The notes beneath the pieces were generated by a model. That model saw only the letters and a program-made list of their open reading frames with translations, made no database searches and had not been told where the DNA came from. Positions 39,079 to 48,905 of a stretch of DNA of 64,000 bases are shown here, in pieces. The stretch covers positions 1,728,001 to 1,792,000 of the forward strand of contig CAWCYD010000003.1 in assembly GCA_963799775.1 (NCBI GenBank), in the 5' to 3' direction. This DNA comes from an uncultured archaeon. GTDB taxonomy: Archaea; Thermoproteota; Nitrososphaeria; Nitrososphaerales; Gagatemarchaeaceae. Each line of letters opens with the position of its first letter. Position 1 is the first letter of the stretch. The translations under genes and the position numbers were made by a program.

Positions 39079-39687
39079 TCACGGTGGAAAAGACCCCGAG
39101 TATCCTCCTTCGGCGGAGATGAGCGCTGCCCTCACTTCCTGCGCTGGACAACTTCGCGGTCCATTGGCCCCCGGGAAGTCGGCGTAGCTTACCAGGGGCG
39201 CCGGATATCCGACCGCCAGTTCCAGCGGCTGGCAGATCTGAAGCAGGGTGATGGCGTAGAAGCCTTTGGACTGGAGGCTGGCCGTGATTGTGTAAGCCAC
39301 GATGACGCTCTGACCTTGAGTGAGGTTGATGTAGGCCGGCGACGAGGAGATGCTGACGTCCGGCGCCGGAGCAAATTGTCCGGATGAGGTCCAGAGGTAG
39401 GCCGAGCCATAGGTAGGTTCCGAAAAGGTCTGGTTGAAGAAATCGGTGTAGGCAACGCAGACGACCATCGAGGAACCCGCGTCGATCACGAACGGAGGTA
39501 GCGCGTTTGGCGGTGACGGGCTGGATTGGTTGGATAAGATCGAAAAAGGATAGGACGCTGGGCATATCGAGGTCGATTGTGTGGCCGCCGTGGTTGGAGA
39601 CTGCAGCTGGTCTGCCAGACCCAGGGCCGCCACTCCAATGACTATCACAGCGATGAAGACGTAGGACGCCACCCGACTAGAATCCAT
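39079..39687 (-). CDS. Membrane-anchored secreted hypothetical protein
   Basis: TM helix; paralogue of 29847..30668. Confidence 0.65.
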   Translation of the reverse strand: MDSSRVASYVFIAVIVIGVAALGLADQLQSPTTAATQSTSICPASYPFSILSNQSSPSPPNALPPFVIDAGSSMVVCVAYTDFFNQTFSEPTYGSAYLWTSSGQFAPAPDVSISSSPAYINLTQGQSVIVAYTITASLQSKGFYAITLLQICQPLELAVGYPAPLVSYADFPGANGPRSCPAQEVRAALISAEGGYSGSFPP

Positions 39688-39766
39688 GCCCAGCCCCCGA
39701 CAGTGAAGAATCAGTAGACGCCGTCGTTATTCAACATTGAGAAGAGCGTGATTCGCCCATGCGTAA

Positions 39767-39792
39767 AGGGTTCGCTGCGCCTCCGCCGGGGC
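39767..39792 (+). repeat. Cassette-boundary direct repeat, copy 2
   Basis: AGGGTTCGCTGCGCCTCCGCCGGGGC. Confidence 0.85.
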
Positions 39793-39847
39793 ATCGTCCT
39801 TGACAGAGTTTATGGGGAGGCGACCAGGAGATTCCACGAAGGGCTCG

Positions 39848-40561
39848 ATGAACGAGAAGGCAATCTTCGCATTCATTATCGTGGCGGGCGTCGTGGCCGT
39901 CGGGTTTGTTGGAATGACCCCGACCAGCACGATAACCCAGACCAGCGCGCTGATCCGGTCAAGCACGGTAGCGGTTCCCTCGAACGTCTCGGCTAGTAAC
40001 TCAACCATCCAATCGACGAATCAGTCAACCAATCAGTCGTCATCAACCTCCATACAATACCCGTTGGTGTGGCAGTCGACTTCCCCAACGGTATGTGACA
40101 TGAATTCATTCTGCGTCGTTGCAACGCTCGGGTTCTCCGGTCAGACGGCGACTGCGAGCGAATCGGCAACCGCGATCACGGGAAGCAATGGAACGACCAT
40201 AGTCGTCTCATCGACCACGACTATCATCAGGACATCACCGTATCCTCAAACAACCGTGATCGAGCCTCCTCAGAACACATCTTACGTAGTCGTGGTGACC
40301 GCATTCGTTCAAGACGCAGTGACTGGCCAGAACGTCACCACGAGCAGCGGGCAATCTTCGCTTGGGGCGGGCTGTGACATACAGCCATCAGGATTTACCC
40401 ACTGCATCATCAGCGCCCCTTCAGGATTGCCTTCCGGAACGTACAAAGTCACTGTATTCGTAACGAAGGAATACAATCCTTGTTCAATACGCGTGGCCGG
40501 CTATCCCTGCACATCACAATTGCTCGCACCACCGAGCCAAACGATCACTATAACGGAGTGA
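39848..40561 (+). CDS. Membrane-anchored S/T-rich secreted protein
   Basis: MNEKAIFAFIIVAGVVAVG TM helix, S/T linker, Cys pairs. Confidence 0.65.
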   Translation: MNEKAIFAFIIVAGVVAVGFVGMTPTSTITQTSALIRSSTVAVPSNVSASNSTIQSTNQSTNQSSSTSIQYPLVWQSTSPTVCDMNSFCVVATLGFSGQTATASESATAITGSNGTTIVVSSTTTIIRTSPYPQTTVIEPPQNTSYVVVVTAFVQDAVTGQNVTTSSGQSSLGAGCDIQPSGFTHCIISAPSGLPSGTYKVTVFVTKEYNPCSIRVAGYPCTSQLLAPPSQTITITE

Positions 40562-40636
40562 CCGAGAGTTGCGGGTTGCTCTAGCTCCCGCTAGTGTTGT
40601 CAAAATGAAAGTAGGCAGGGCATAGTTGCCATACAC

Positions 40637-40662
40637 AGGGTTAATTGCGCCTCCGCCGGGGC
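40637..40662 (+). repeat. Cassette-boundary direct repeat, copy 3
   Basis: AGGGTTAATTGCGCCTCCGCCGGGGC; 23/26 identical to copy 2. Confidence 0.85.
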
Positions 40663-40770
40663 GTTTTGCTGATGCAATGAGTGTCATCACCGAGCGTTAC
40701 CATTGCAGTGGAATTTGTTTGAACGAAGCTTAATTAGGGGTGAATCAGCCGGCGCCCCATTAAAGAGGTG

Positions 40771-41299
40771 ATGGGGGGTCCACGGAGCCAACTATAGAGC
40801 TGCGAAGTCCATGTTCTACAACAAGAAGTTCGCCCCCGGCACCCCCAATCCCAAGGTCGCGAGGTTCACCACAGGCAAGTTCAGGGGCGATTACGATTAC
40901 AAGCTTGAGCTAGTCGCTACGACCCGGCTCCAGATAAGGAGCAACGCACTTGAGGCCGCGAGGGTGGCGGCCAGCAAGAAGCTCACCCTCGTCGGCGAGG
41001 ACAACTTCTACCTTCGGGTGGTCTCGTATCCTTTTGTCGTCATGCGGGAGAACAAGATGATCGCCACGGCGGGCGCAGACAGGCTCCAGGAGGGGATGCG
41101 CAAGGCCTTCGGCAAGCCCATAGGCGTCGCGGCAAGGGTCTACATCGGCAGCGTCATCTTGGACGTCCTGGTCAAAGCCGAGAACCTGGACAAGGCAAAG
41201 GCCGCGATGAAGGCGGCGACGACCAAGCTGCCACTGAAGTACAAGGTGGTCGTAACTCCATTAGAGAAGAAGGTCGAAGCGGAAGCGGCGGCTGTTTGA
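40771..41299 (+). CDS. rpl10e: 50S ribosomal protein uL16 (L10e); start approximate
   Basis: HGANYR..., QIRSNALEAAR, RENKMIATAGADRLQEGMRKAFGKP. Confidence 0.95.
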
Positions 41300-42336
41300 C
41301 TGTCAAGATAGACACCGAGCGGGTCTTCAACCTAATCGAGGAAAAGCACCCGACCAAGATCATCCTCAACGCGCCAGGAGGCCTCCTGCTGCAGACGATG
41401 GACCTCATGCGCGTCATCGAGCTCAAGTACGGCGTCCCCTGTGTGCTCGTCGGGGACAGTTGTTTCGGGATCTGCGACACGGTGGACAACGAGGTGGAGA
41501 AGCTGGGGGCGAGCATGGCGCTCCACATCGGTCACAACGCCTCGGTCCAGGAGGTCGGAGACTACACGTATCTCGTCGATGCGAAGGACGACATCAAGTT
41601 CGAGTCCGTCGTGCAGAGGTCGATTCCGTTACTCTCGAAATACAGGCGGATAGGGCTGGCGACCTTCAGCCAGCATCTTGATGAGCTCGAGCCCGTCAAG
41701 AAGCAGTTGGAAGAAGCTGGCTTCGAGGTTCTCCTCGGGAGGAAGAACAACCTCCTCCTGGCGAGCCAGACGTTCGGCTGCGACTTCTCCACCGTCTTCG
41801 AGAACACGGAGAAGGTCGACGCCTTTTGCTACTTGGGCCAGAGCGAGTTCCACGCGGCGGGCGTCGCGACGGCGACAGGAAAGCCCACGTTCCTGCTGGA
41901 CCCCTACCTCGAGGAGATGCGCGACATGAAGGAGGAGGTGGAGGAGAGGCAGAAGAGGGCGATACTCGCCGTCTACAAGGCCCTCGACGCGAAGGTCTTC
42001 GGCGTGGTCACCGGGTTGAAGGAGGGGCAGATGATGCTGGGGCGCTCGAATTGGATCACGAACAGGCTGCGGGCGCACGGGAAGAAGGTCGTGCGACTGG
42101 CGATGCGGGACATCACGCCCGACAGATTGGCGCAATACACGCACATCGAGGCGTTCGTCCAGACGGCCTGCCCGAGGATCTCCATAGATGGGTTCACGTT
42201 CAGCAAGCCCGTCCTCTCAATCCCCCAGGCGGACGCGCTGGTGGGGCTGCTAGAGGGGAGGGAGATGAAGGACTTTTTACACAGGCCCAAATGGATAGAG
42301 CTCACGGTAGGACAGATTCCGAGGAGATCGAGATGA
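41296..42336 (+). CDS. dph2: Diphthamide biosynthesis radical-SAM enzyme Dph2
   Basis: CFGICD, HIGH, FGCD, FH, TACPRIS. Confidence 0.9.
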   Translation: MTVKIDTERVFNLIEEKHPTKIILNAPGGLLLQTMDLMRVIELKYGVPCVLVGDSCFGICDTVDNEVEKLGASMALHIGHNASVQEVGDYTYLVDAKDDIKFESVVQRSIPLLSKYRRIGLATFSQHLDELEPVKKQLEEAGFEVLLGRKNNLLLASQTFGCDFSTVFENTEKVDAFCYLGQSEFHAAGVATATGKPTFLLDPYLEEMRDMKEEVEERQKRAILAVYKALDAKVFGVVTGLKEGQMMLGRSNWITNRLRAHGKKVVRLAMRDITPDRLAQYTHIEAFVQTACPRISIDGFTFSKPVLSIPQADALVGLLEGREMKDFLHRPKWIELTVGQIPRRSR

Positions 42337-42910
42337 GCAAACCTGCTACGGGCGCGAAGAAGGTCGTATTGCCAGGGGATTTCTTAGCATATCCGGAGGA
42401 GTTCGTCCCCGGGAGCAACGCCTACGAGGAGTCGGACTCTATCAGGGCATCCATGTCAGGCGTGGTCGAGAATGGACCTCTCGAAGAGAGAGGTTGCCGT
42501 CAAGCCTGTCGTGGTCGCCAAGGTTCCCAGAGTGGGGGACGTGGTCGTGGGCCAGGTCGAGGCGGCGATGACGAGCACCGCTGGCGTGAGGATTACCTAT
42601 CTGAACGGCGAGGAGGTATTGAAGGGCTTCCCGGGAACGATTTTCACGCGATCGGAGCGCGGAGGGAGAGGGGAGCGGATGGACCTACGTCAAGCTCGCC
42701 GACGTCGTCAGGGCGAGGGTCGCGAGCACCTTGAACGGGATGAACCAGCTGTCGATCGACGAGCCCCATATGGGCGTGCTCGCTGCGCTGTGCACGGTGT
42801 GCGGCACCCCGCTTCCCAGAGGCGATGGGAGGGCGAGGTGCGAGAACTGCGGGAATGTCGAGGAGAGGAAGTTCGCCGACGACTTCGGGACCGCGAACAT
42901 CAAGCCGTAG
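42333..42910 (+). CDS. csl4: Exosome subunit Csl4 (two frameshifts)
   Basis: VLPGD..., PRVGDVVVG S1 domain, D-V-V-RARV, CTVCG...CENCG.ERK zinc ribbon. Confidence 0.88.
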
Positions 42911-42996
42911 ACTTTCCGGTCTTCCTGATTATCCGGCCACGAGTGGACGATTCAACAGAAGTTTATTAACATCCGAAAAGGGCCGCTTCGAAAGCC

Positions 42997-43284
42997 ATGC
43001 AGGTCCAGGTCTCTCGTAAGGAGGACAGGGAGTTCACGGTCGAGGTGACCGGAGAGGACTACTCTCTCGCCGAGATCGTGCACCACGAGCTGCTCGAGGA
43101 GAAGAACGTGACCTTCGCAGGCGTCCTTCCGCCCCACCCGCTCATCAAGAAGCTCGTCGTCAAGGTGCGCGCCCAGAGGATCAAGCCCGAGAAGGCCTTC
43201 CTTGCGAGCCTTGAGAGGGCGCAGGCCAACTCGAGGGAGCTGCTGGACGCTGTGAACAAGGCCACAAGCGGTGGTTCCGAGTGA
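42997..43284 (+). CDS. rpoL: RNA polymerase subunit L (Rpo11)
   Basis: GEDYSL...FAGVLPPHPL; synteny. Confidence 0.9.
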   Translation: MQVQVSRKEDREFTVEVTGEDYSLAEIVHHELLEEKNVTFAGVLPPHPLIKKLVVKVRAQRIKPEKAFLASLERAQANSRELLDAVNKATSGGSE

Positions 43285-43628
43285 AGTTCTGTCCAAAGTG
43301 TGGCACCCGACTAAAGCTCAAACAAGTGAAAGGGGAGAAGGGAGGGGCCATGATAACCCTGCTCTGCGATAACTGCGGCTACTCCGACAAGGCCGGCAAG
43401 ACGGTGACACAGGCCACCGAGGAGGAGCTCACCGACCTCCCGACCATCAAGGTCGTGGGGGAGAAGGAGAGCAAGCTGTCCACGCTTCCGACCACAAAGA
43501 TCGAGTGCCCGAAGTGCGGCCACGACGAGGCCAACTGGTGGTTCTTGCAGACACGCAGCGGGGACGAGCCGCCTACCCAGTTCTACAGGTGCCTGAAATG
43601 CAACCACACCTGGAGAAGCTACTCGTAG
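43281..43628 (+). CDS. tfs: Transcription factor S
   Basis: MKFCPKCG...CPKCGH...QTRSGDEPPTQFYRC. Confidence 0.95.
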   Translation: MKFCPKCGTRLKLKQVKGEKGGAMITLLCDNCGYSDKAGKTVTQATEEELTDLPTIKVVGEKESKLSTLPTTKIECPKCGHDEANWWFLQTRSGDEPPTQFYRCLKCNHTWRSYS

Positions 43629-43644
43629 CTGCTGAGGTTCCTTC

Positions 43645-44229
43645 CTAATACTCGTCGGTCGACACAGGGACTGCCTGCTTGCCTGCTATCATCACCTGAG
43701 CGTTCCCCGCTGGCAGCCTGGCCACGTCGTTGACCTCGAACGGCCCGTACCTCTTCAGGTCGGTCCCCATTATCTCCCCCACCCTCTTTGACATCCTCAC
43801 GGTGGTCATCCTTTGCATCTCCCTCCGTTGGAGGAGGGCGAAGAAAGACGATTGGCCGTCCACGACAGCCTTCACGAACCTCTCCTCCTTCTTGCCTAGC
43901 TGCCTGAGGACGAGGTCCACATATCGCTCCTCTGGCAGCAGGTTCCTGGATTGGTTCGCCGGCCTCGATTCTTCGGGGAGCGTCGACGCCTTCTCGGCCT
44001 TCTTCATGCGGACCTCGAGCAGCCTCCGGGTCATCACCTCGATGAGCCAGAGCTGCTTCTTCGCCAGCCTGCTCGAGGCGTCCTCCCCGACGCCCCAGGT
44101 CGCCCGGAGCTTCTGGGCGTAGCTGGCCAGCCTGACATAGGTGTCGGAGGGGATGACCGTGAGCTCGTCGGTCGCCTCTTCAAGCTCCACCAGCCTGCCG
44201 AGCCGCTCTATGGTCGATTCGTTCTCCAT
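43645..44229 (-). CDS. GINS complex protein (Gins51-like)
   Basis: LLPEER, IMGTDLKRYGPF...LPAGNA; next to priS and PCNA. Confidence 0.8.
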   Translation of the reverse strand: MENESTIERLGRLVELEEATDELTVIPSDTYVRLASYAQKLRATWGVGEDASSRLAKKQLWLIEVMTRRLLEVRMKKAEKASTLPEESRPANQSRNLLPEERYVDLVLRQLGKKEERFVKAVVDGQSSFFALLQRREMQRMTTVRMSKRVGEIMGTDLKRYGPFEVNDVARLPAGNAQVMIAGKQAVPVSTDEY

Positions 44230-45306
44230 CTACTCTGCCACCTTGGCCAGTCCCTTGGTCATCATGTAGACGGCCGCGTAGAGGGGCACCTCCGCCTCTT
44301 CGGCCGAGTAAGGTCCGAAGGTTCTGCCTTTCAGCGTGAACACAGGTGAACCCTGCACGAAGACCGCGGTCGCCTCTTCGCCCAGGAATACCGGGTCGTA
44401 GTCAGGCCTGAAGGCCTGCAGGTCGTGGACCCTGATCTTCAGCAAACCGGAGTTGCCGTGCAACGTCCCCGGCATCCGAAATATCCTGTGTATATCGGTT
44501 GTGACCGACTCGTCGATTCTCGAGCTGAACGCGTTGATGAGCGTCTCCAGCCTCTGCGACTGGGTGTTTCCCAGCGTCGATATCCTTCCGGCCCATCCTG
44601 CAGGGAGATTGTCGGAGACGTGTGGACGCACCAGGCCTGTCCCCTTCATGTAGTTCGCCACCTGGGCGCGCGCGGAGGGGTCCATCGCCTCGAACCTCTC
44701 GTCTTTCACGTGCAGGTGATAACCTCTGTTTCCGGAGAAGTAGACGCTGACCTTGTCGCTAGAGACCCCAAAGTCGTTCTTGAGGAAGCTGAGGAGGCGT
44801 GAGACGTGCTCCTTCGCGGCGGCCAAGCACACGGCGCAGCTCCAGTGCAGCTGGACCATGTTCGTCCCCTCGCACTTTGAGCAGCGGGGCGGCCTCTCCG
44901 CGGACTTCATTATCTTGCCGCAGCTCTTGCAAGCCCAGAAGCTGTGCTTCGCCCTGCAGGGGGTGGGGATGTCGTTCGCGTCGATGTCGAAGATGAGCTC
45001 GGCCCCCTTCCATCCCTTCTCGTCCATCGGCAACGTCGGGTCGGAGTACACCCCGTTGGAGCAGAAGACAGAGGAAGGAGCCTGCTTGACGAGGTCGGCG
45101 GCCAGCTCCCCGAAGGACTTGTAGGAGAGGTGCCTGATCATCCCCTTGCCGAACGGGATGTAGCCGAACTCCCTGTTCTGGATCATCGTCGGCGGCTCGA
45201 CGTCGCCGTTGTGCTTGAAGTAGTGCTCGCGGAAGGTCTTGCGAAGGAAGGCCGTAGTCTTCTCGTCCGTCTGGGATGGGCTGCTCTCGGGCTTGGTGCT
45301 GCTCAC
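44230..45306 (-). CDS. priS: DNA primase small subunit
   Basis: REFGY, ELIFDIDA, FSGNRGYH, IDESVTTDIHRIFRMPGTLHG. Confidence 0.95.
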   Translation of the reverse strand: MSSTKPESSPSQTDEKTTAFLRKTFREHYFKHNGDVEPPTMIQNREFGYIPFGKGMIRHLSYKSFGELAADLVKQAPSSVFCSNGVYSDPTLPMDEKGWKGAELIFDIDANDIPTPCRAKHSFWACKSCGKIMKSAERPPRCSKCEGTNMVQLHWSCAVCLAAAKEHVSRLLSFLKNDFGVSSDKVSVYFSGNRGYHLHVKDERFEAMDPSARAQVANYMKGTGLVRPHVSDNLPAGWAGRISTLGNTQSQRLETLINAFSSRIDESVTTDIHRIFRMPGTLHGNSGLLKIRVHDLQAFRPDYDPVFLGEEATAVFVQGSPVFTLKGRTFGPYSAEEAEVPLYAAVYMMTKGLAKVAE

Positions 45307-45407
45307 GGACAACTGGGCGCTTTCGTAGCAGGGTCGATTATAAGATTGGTGAGTCGGTTGGCAAGAATTAATTGGCACCCTTCCATTCGATTCGATCCGC
45401 AGATTTC

Positions 45408-45992
45408 ATGAGATATAGGTCGAGGGTGCTCCTTTCCGCTTTGGGGGTAATCATATTGGTCGCTGCGGTCGGGTTGGGATACTATGCAATCTCATCAGGG
45501 CAGCATGTGAAGAGCACGGTATCCACCTCGTTCACATCGACAACTTCGTCAGTGCGAAATTCAACCACAAGTTCGGTTCTGCTCGTCACGGGAACCAGTG
45601 TTGACACACAGAATGACACGTTTCTAACTTCGTGTTTCCCCTCCGGTGGCGGTGGCTTCGAGTTCCGGATAATCTCCGACTCGACGAACGAGACGATACT
45701 TCAAGGGTTGTCGGTCAATGCTGTCGCCCAGACCGGGTGCAGTCTCAACGGCCAGCCGCCAGAGATTCAGATGGTGTACCTGAACAACTTCTCCGTCGGA
45801 GCTGGAGGATGGCTTACACCCATTTCTCCTCCACAAGCCTCAACACTGGGAAATCTCAGTTTTGTCGTGGCATATCAGGGAAAGACGTATGATTTTTCGT
45901 CAAGCGTTCCGCCTGTGGGATCGAATTGCACCACTCTTTCCGTTCCTTCGGGTGATGTGAGCACGGTATTCACAATGAACGGTCCTTGCTAG
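45408..45992 (+). CDS. Membrane-anchored secreted hypothetical protein
   Basis: TM helix plus S/T linker; lower-GC insert between priS and PCNA. Confidence 0.65.
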   Translation: MRYRSRVLLSALGVIILVAAVGLGYYAISSGQHVKSTVSTSFTSTTSSVRNSTTSSVLLVTGTSVDTQNDTFLTSCFPSGGGGFEFRIISDSTNETILQGLSVNAVAQTGCSLNGQPPEIQMVYLNNFSVGAGGWLTPISPPQASTLGNLSFVVAYQGKTYDFSSSVPPVGSNCTTLSVPSGDVSTVFTMNGPC

Positions 45993-46076
45993 TGAACAAG
46001 TGGTCTCGGGCACCGCGTGGGGCGACCAATCTTTATCTATCCTCGATGGACCACAGCAAAGGCGAACATCTCAAGC

Positions 46077-46832
46077 ATGTTTTTTGCTAAATCCGCGGGC
46101 AGCACGGAATGGAAGGCGGTCGCTTCTGCCATCAAGACCCTCGTGGAGGAAGCCACATTCGAGATAAGCCCTGAGGGATTGATCTTCCGGGCCATGGACC
46201 CTTCTCACATAGCCCTCGTCGACCTCAACTGGCCTTCGGTTGCATTCGAGAAGTTCAACGTCGACAAGGCGACGAAGTTCACGGTCCGGGTGGAGGACTT
46301 TGTGAAGCTGATCTCCAGGACGGACGCCAAGGACAGCATCGAGATCGCATCGGGGGAGGACGACGCCGTGACGCTCCGGATAATGAATGGGTACAAGCGC
46401 GAGTTCAAGATCCATCTGATCGAGACGACCCCGGGGACAGCGCCGCTCCCAAAGCTGGAGTTCGACGTGAAGCTGTCGATGGCGAAGAACGTCTTTGAGA
46501 AGATCCTGGGCGACATCTCGGTCGTCGCTGACCAGGTCATGATATCCTCTCTGAAGGAAGGCGTCTCTTTCTCAGGCAAGAGCGACACCGGCGCCGCGAC
46601 AATACAGCTCGACAAGGGAGGGGCCGAGCTGCTAGAGCTCGACGTGAAGCAAGAGGCCAAGGCAAGTTACAATATTGACTACATTGCAAACATGAGTCGG
46701 GCCGTGGGCTCGGCGGCTGACGTCGTCACTCTCGAGTACGCGTCCAAGAAACCAACAAGACTTGAGTTTAGGCTCAACGAACAAGGTGCGAGGATATTCT
46801 ACTTTTTAGCGCCGCGTATCTCTGAGCAATAG
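46077..46832 (+). CDS. pcn: DNA polymerase sliding clamp PCNA
   Basis: RAMDPSHIALVDL...YFLAPR. Confidence 0.96.
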   Translation: MFFAKSAGSTEWKAVASAIKTLVEEATFEISPEGLIFRAMDPSHIALVDLNWPSVAFEKFNVDKATKFTVRVEDFVKLISRTDAKDSIEIASGEDDAVTLRIMNGYKREFKIHLIETTPGTAPLPKLEFDVKLSMAKNVFEKILGDISVVADQVMISSLKEGVSFSGKSDTGAATIQLDKGGAELLELDVKQEAKASYNIDYIANMSRAVGSAADVVTLEYASKKPTRLEFRLNEQGARIFYFLAPRISEQ

Positions 46833-46948
46833 CCTCTTTTACGCCTAATTAAGCTAATAATACCTTATTTGTTGCTTCCCGGCCATTATTCAGCTCCGTC
46901 ATCTGGAGGTGTGTAACGTGGGCGCTTAAGTTGCACGTGTGTTTAACA

Positions 46949-47548
46949 TGGCATTGAGGATCCCGTTAGAGACATACCTGAATGGAGGCACAAGCAAGGT
47001 CTTCTCGTTGGTCGCTTCGGTCCCGTTCTCCCCGATTGACATCGACCTCAGCCTTCTCGCCAGAGGCGAGTGGAACGCGTTCTGCGACAGGTTTCGAATC
47101 TGGTATCTTCCCGGCATCGACGGACAAAACGAAAAGCCTGTCAGCTATGTCATGGTGAGGAAGTTTGACCCGGAACAGGGAGTGCTCATGTTCGCGCACA
47201 TCGTGATGAACCTTGACCCGGTGGCGACGGAGAGAGGCCCGGTCTCCAACTTCACGGTGGGAATACTGTGCAATGACGAGGTCAAGGCACGGTCCGTCCT
47301 GGGAGCGATGTTGGATGGTCCCTCCGATTTTTCACAAGAGGTCGGAGATCACTCTGCTTGAAAGAAGGTGGAGGACCGACCCAGAGACCGTCGCACGCTT
47401 TGCCGCGAACGTCTTCGCCGCCAAGTCGAGCATGATGCCTGGAGACAAGGTCTACAAGCTGACGGTTGAGCCTCCTGCAGATTTCATGGCGAAGATTAAC
47501 TCAGGGCTCGACAGCTGGTGGGTCGACAAGAATCAGCCGGGAGTTTGA
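46949..47548 (+). CDS. Hypothetical protein (probable frameshift near 47330)
   Basis: Two overlapping ORFs that join across a T-run. Confidence 0.45.
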
Positions 47549-47617
47549 TTGGAAGCCGGGCGATGATGAACATGTGACATCGGAGTGTCCATTCTGCAAG
47601 ATTACGAATGGCGCGCC

Positions 47618-48250
47618 CTAGTGTCCATCTAGGCCCGGCAGCTTTTCTAACGGCCGGCTGAGACTGATAAGGTTTGTTTGTGATTTTTCTGGATATTGAT
47701 TCTTGGAAGAGATTCGCGTTGGTTTTTGCGGGACCACGGGAGTGCTCTTGTGGATGCATTCATCGTGCTTTCCTCGCGACGTGTTGCAGTTTGCGCAGAG
47801 TAGTTGGAATCCGGAAGGAAAGCCTTCCTTGACAAGCCATCTCTGCATTCTATAGCCTCCGGCGTTTATCTTTCCGAAAATCTCTCGGCGGTGCTTGTTG
47901 CCATTACCGTTGATGTGATCTATCACTAGGAAGTCTTGCTCTGATTCGCCGCAGCAAGCACATTTGAAGGTGTTATTGGAATAATGGCCGAACACCTCTC
48001 GTCTGAGATTCTCTCGCCATCGGTAATAGACATATTTTTTCAGTTCACGATAGTAAACCGGGTCTCCGGCAATGAATCGCTCGTCTATGAGACGTCTTTG
48101 TTCTGGGTGTTTTTTTCTCCAATTCAAGTTGTATGCGTATCGGGCGAACTGTCGGCAATCGCTACAATATTTTTGCGGCCCGCTTGTCGGCTGATATTCT
48201 TGTTTGCATCGAATGCAGATTCGAGGATTAGGCGGGACGCCTTTCGTCAT
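47618..48250 (-). CDS. HNH (beta-beta-alpha) endonuclease with an N-terminal zinc finger
   Basis: CIRC...YCSDC; CACCGE...LVIDHING...LLCANCN; low GC. Confidence 0.8.
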   Translation of the reverse strand: MTKGVPPNPRICIRCKQEYQPTSGPQKYCSDCRQFARYAYNLNWRKKHPEQRRLIDERFIAGDPVYYRELKKYVYYRWRENLRREVFGHYSNNTFKCACCGESEQDFLVIDHINGNGNKHRREIFGKINAGGYRMQRWLVKEGFPSGFQLLCANCNTSRGKHDECIHKSTPVVPQKPTRISSKNQYPEKSQTNLISLSRPLEKLPGLDGH

Positions 48251-48386
48251 TTAGGTTTCTGCTTGTTAAGCATTGACCATGCTTTTAATCGCCCATGAGG
48301 AAATTCGAGCCACCCGGCTGTTCTTACTCGCGAAGGGGTGACTACCATCCTTTTAAAGAGGAGTGAATCCGGGCGTTCGGCTTCGG

Positions 48387-48665
48387 TTGAAAATCCCCAA
48401 GGAACTTAATACAAATTGTCCATTTTGTAAAAAGCACACCGTCCATTCAATCTCCCTCTACAAGAAAGGGAAGGAGAGGGCATCTTCATGGGGAGCCAGG
48501 AGGCAGGCGGGCAGGAAGCGTGGGTACGGAGGCCAGAAATTCCCTGAGTTGATCAGGACGGCGAAGACCACTAAAAAAGCGACCCTCAAGCTCAAATGCA
48601 AGGAATGCAACAAGGAATCTATGCGCAAGGGCATCCGATTGAGAAAGGCGGAGATAGTGGCATGA
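48387..48665 (+). CDS. rpl44e: 50S ribosomal protein L44e
   Basis: CPFCKKHT...GYGGQKFP...AKTTKK. Confidence 0.96.
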   Translation: MKIPKELNTNCPFCKKHTVHSISLYKKGKERASSWGARRQAGRKRGYGGQKFPELIRTAKTTKKATLKLKCKECNKESMRKGIRLRKAEIVA

Positions 48666-48859
48666 AGAGAGAGCGCGAGTTCATCCCAAAGCCCAGGAGC
48701 AGCTTCCTTCTTGTAAAGTGCCCCGACTGCGGGGAGGAGAGGCCGATGTTCTCGGCGTCCACGAGGGACGTGACCTGTAGGGGCTGCGGAAGGAAGCTCG
48801 CCAGCAAGACCGGGGGGAAGGTAGATGTCGACGCCCCGGTAGTCAAGAGACTGGACTAG
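48662..48859 (+). CDS. rps27e: 30S ribosomal protein S27e
   Basis: PRSSFLLVKCPDCG...C..CG...TGGK. Confidence 0.95.
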   Translation: MKREREFIPKPRSSFLLVKCPDCGEERPMFSASTRDVTCRGCGRKLASKTGGKVDVDAPVVKRLD

Positions 48860-48905
48860 GCTTTTAACCGGCCTCTCAGGCGAACCTCACAGAGAGGGAC
48901 CACAT

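Noticed and set aside
45342-46033. 9 bp inverted repeat AAGATTGGT/ACCAATCTT flanking the gene between priS and PCNA
   Set aside because: Both halves abut the TATA boxes of the divergent priS and PCNA promoters; more likely promoter elements than TIRs.
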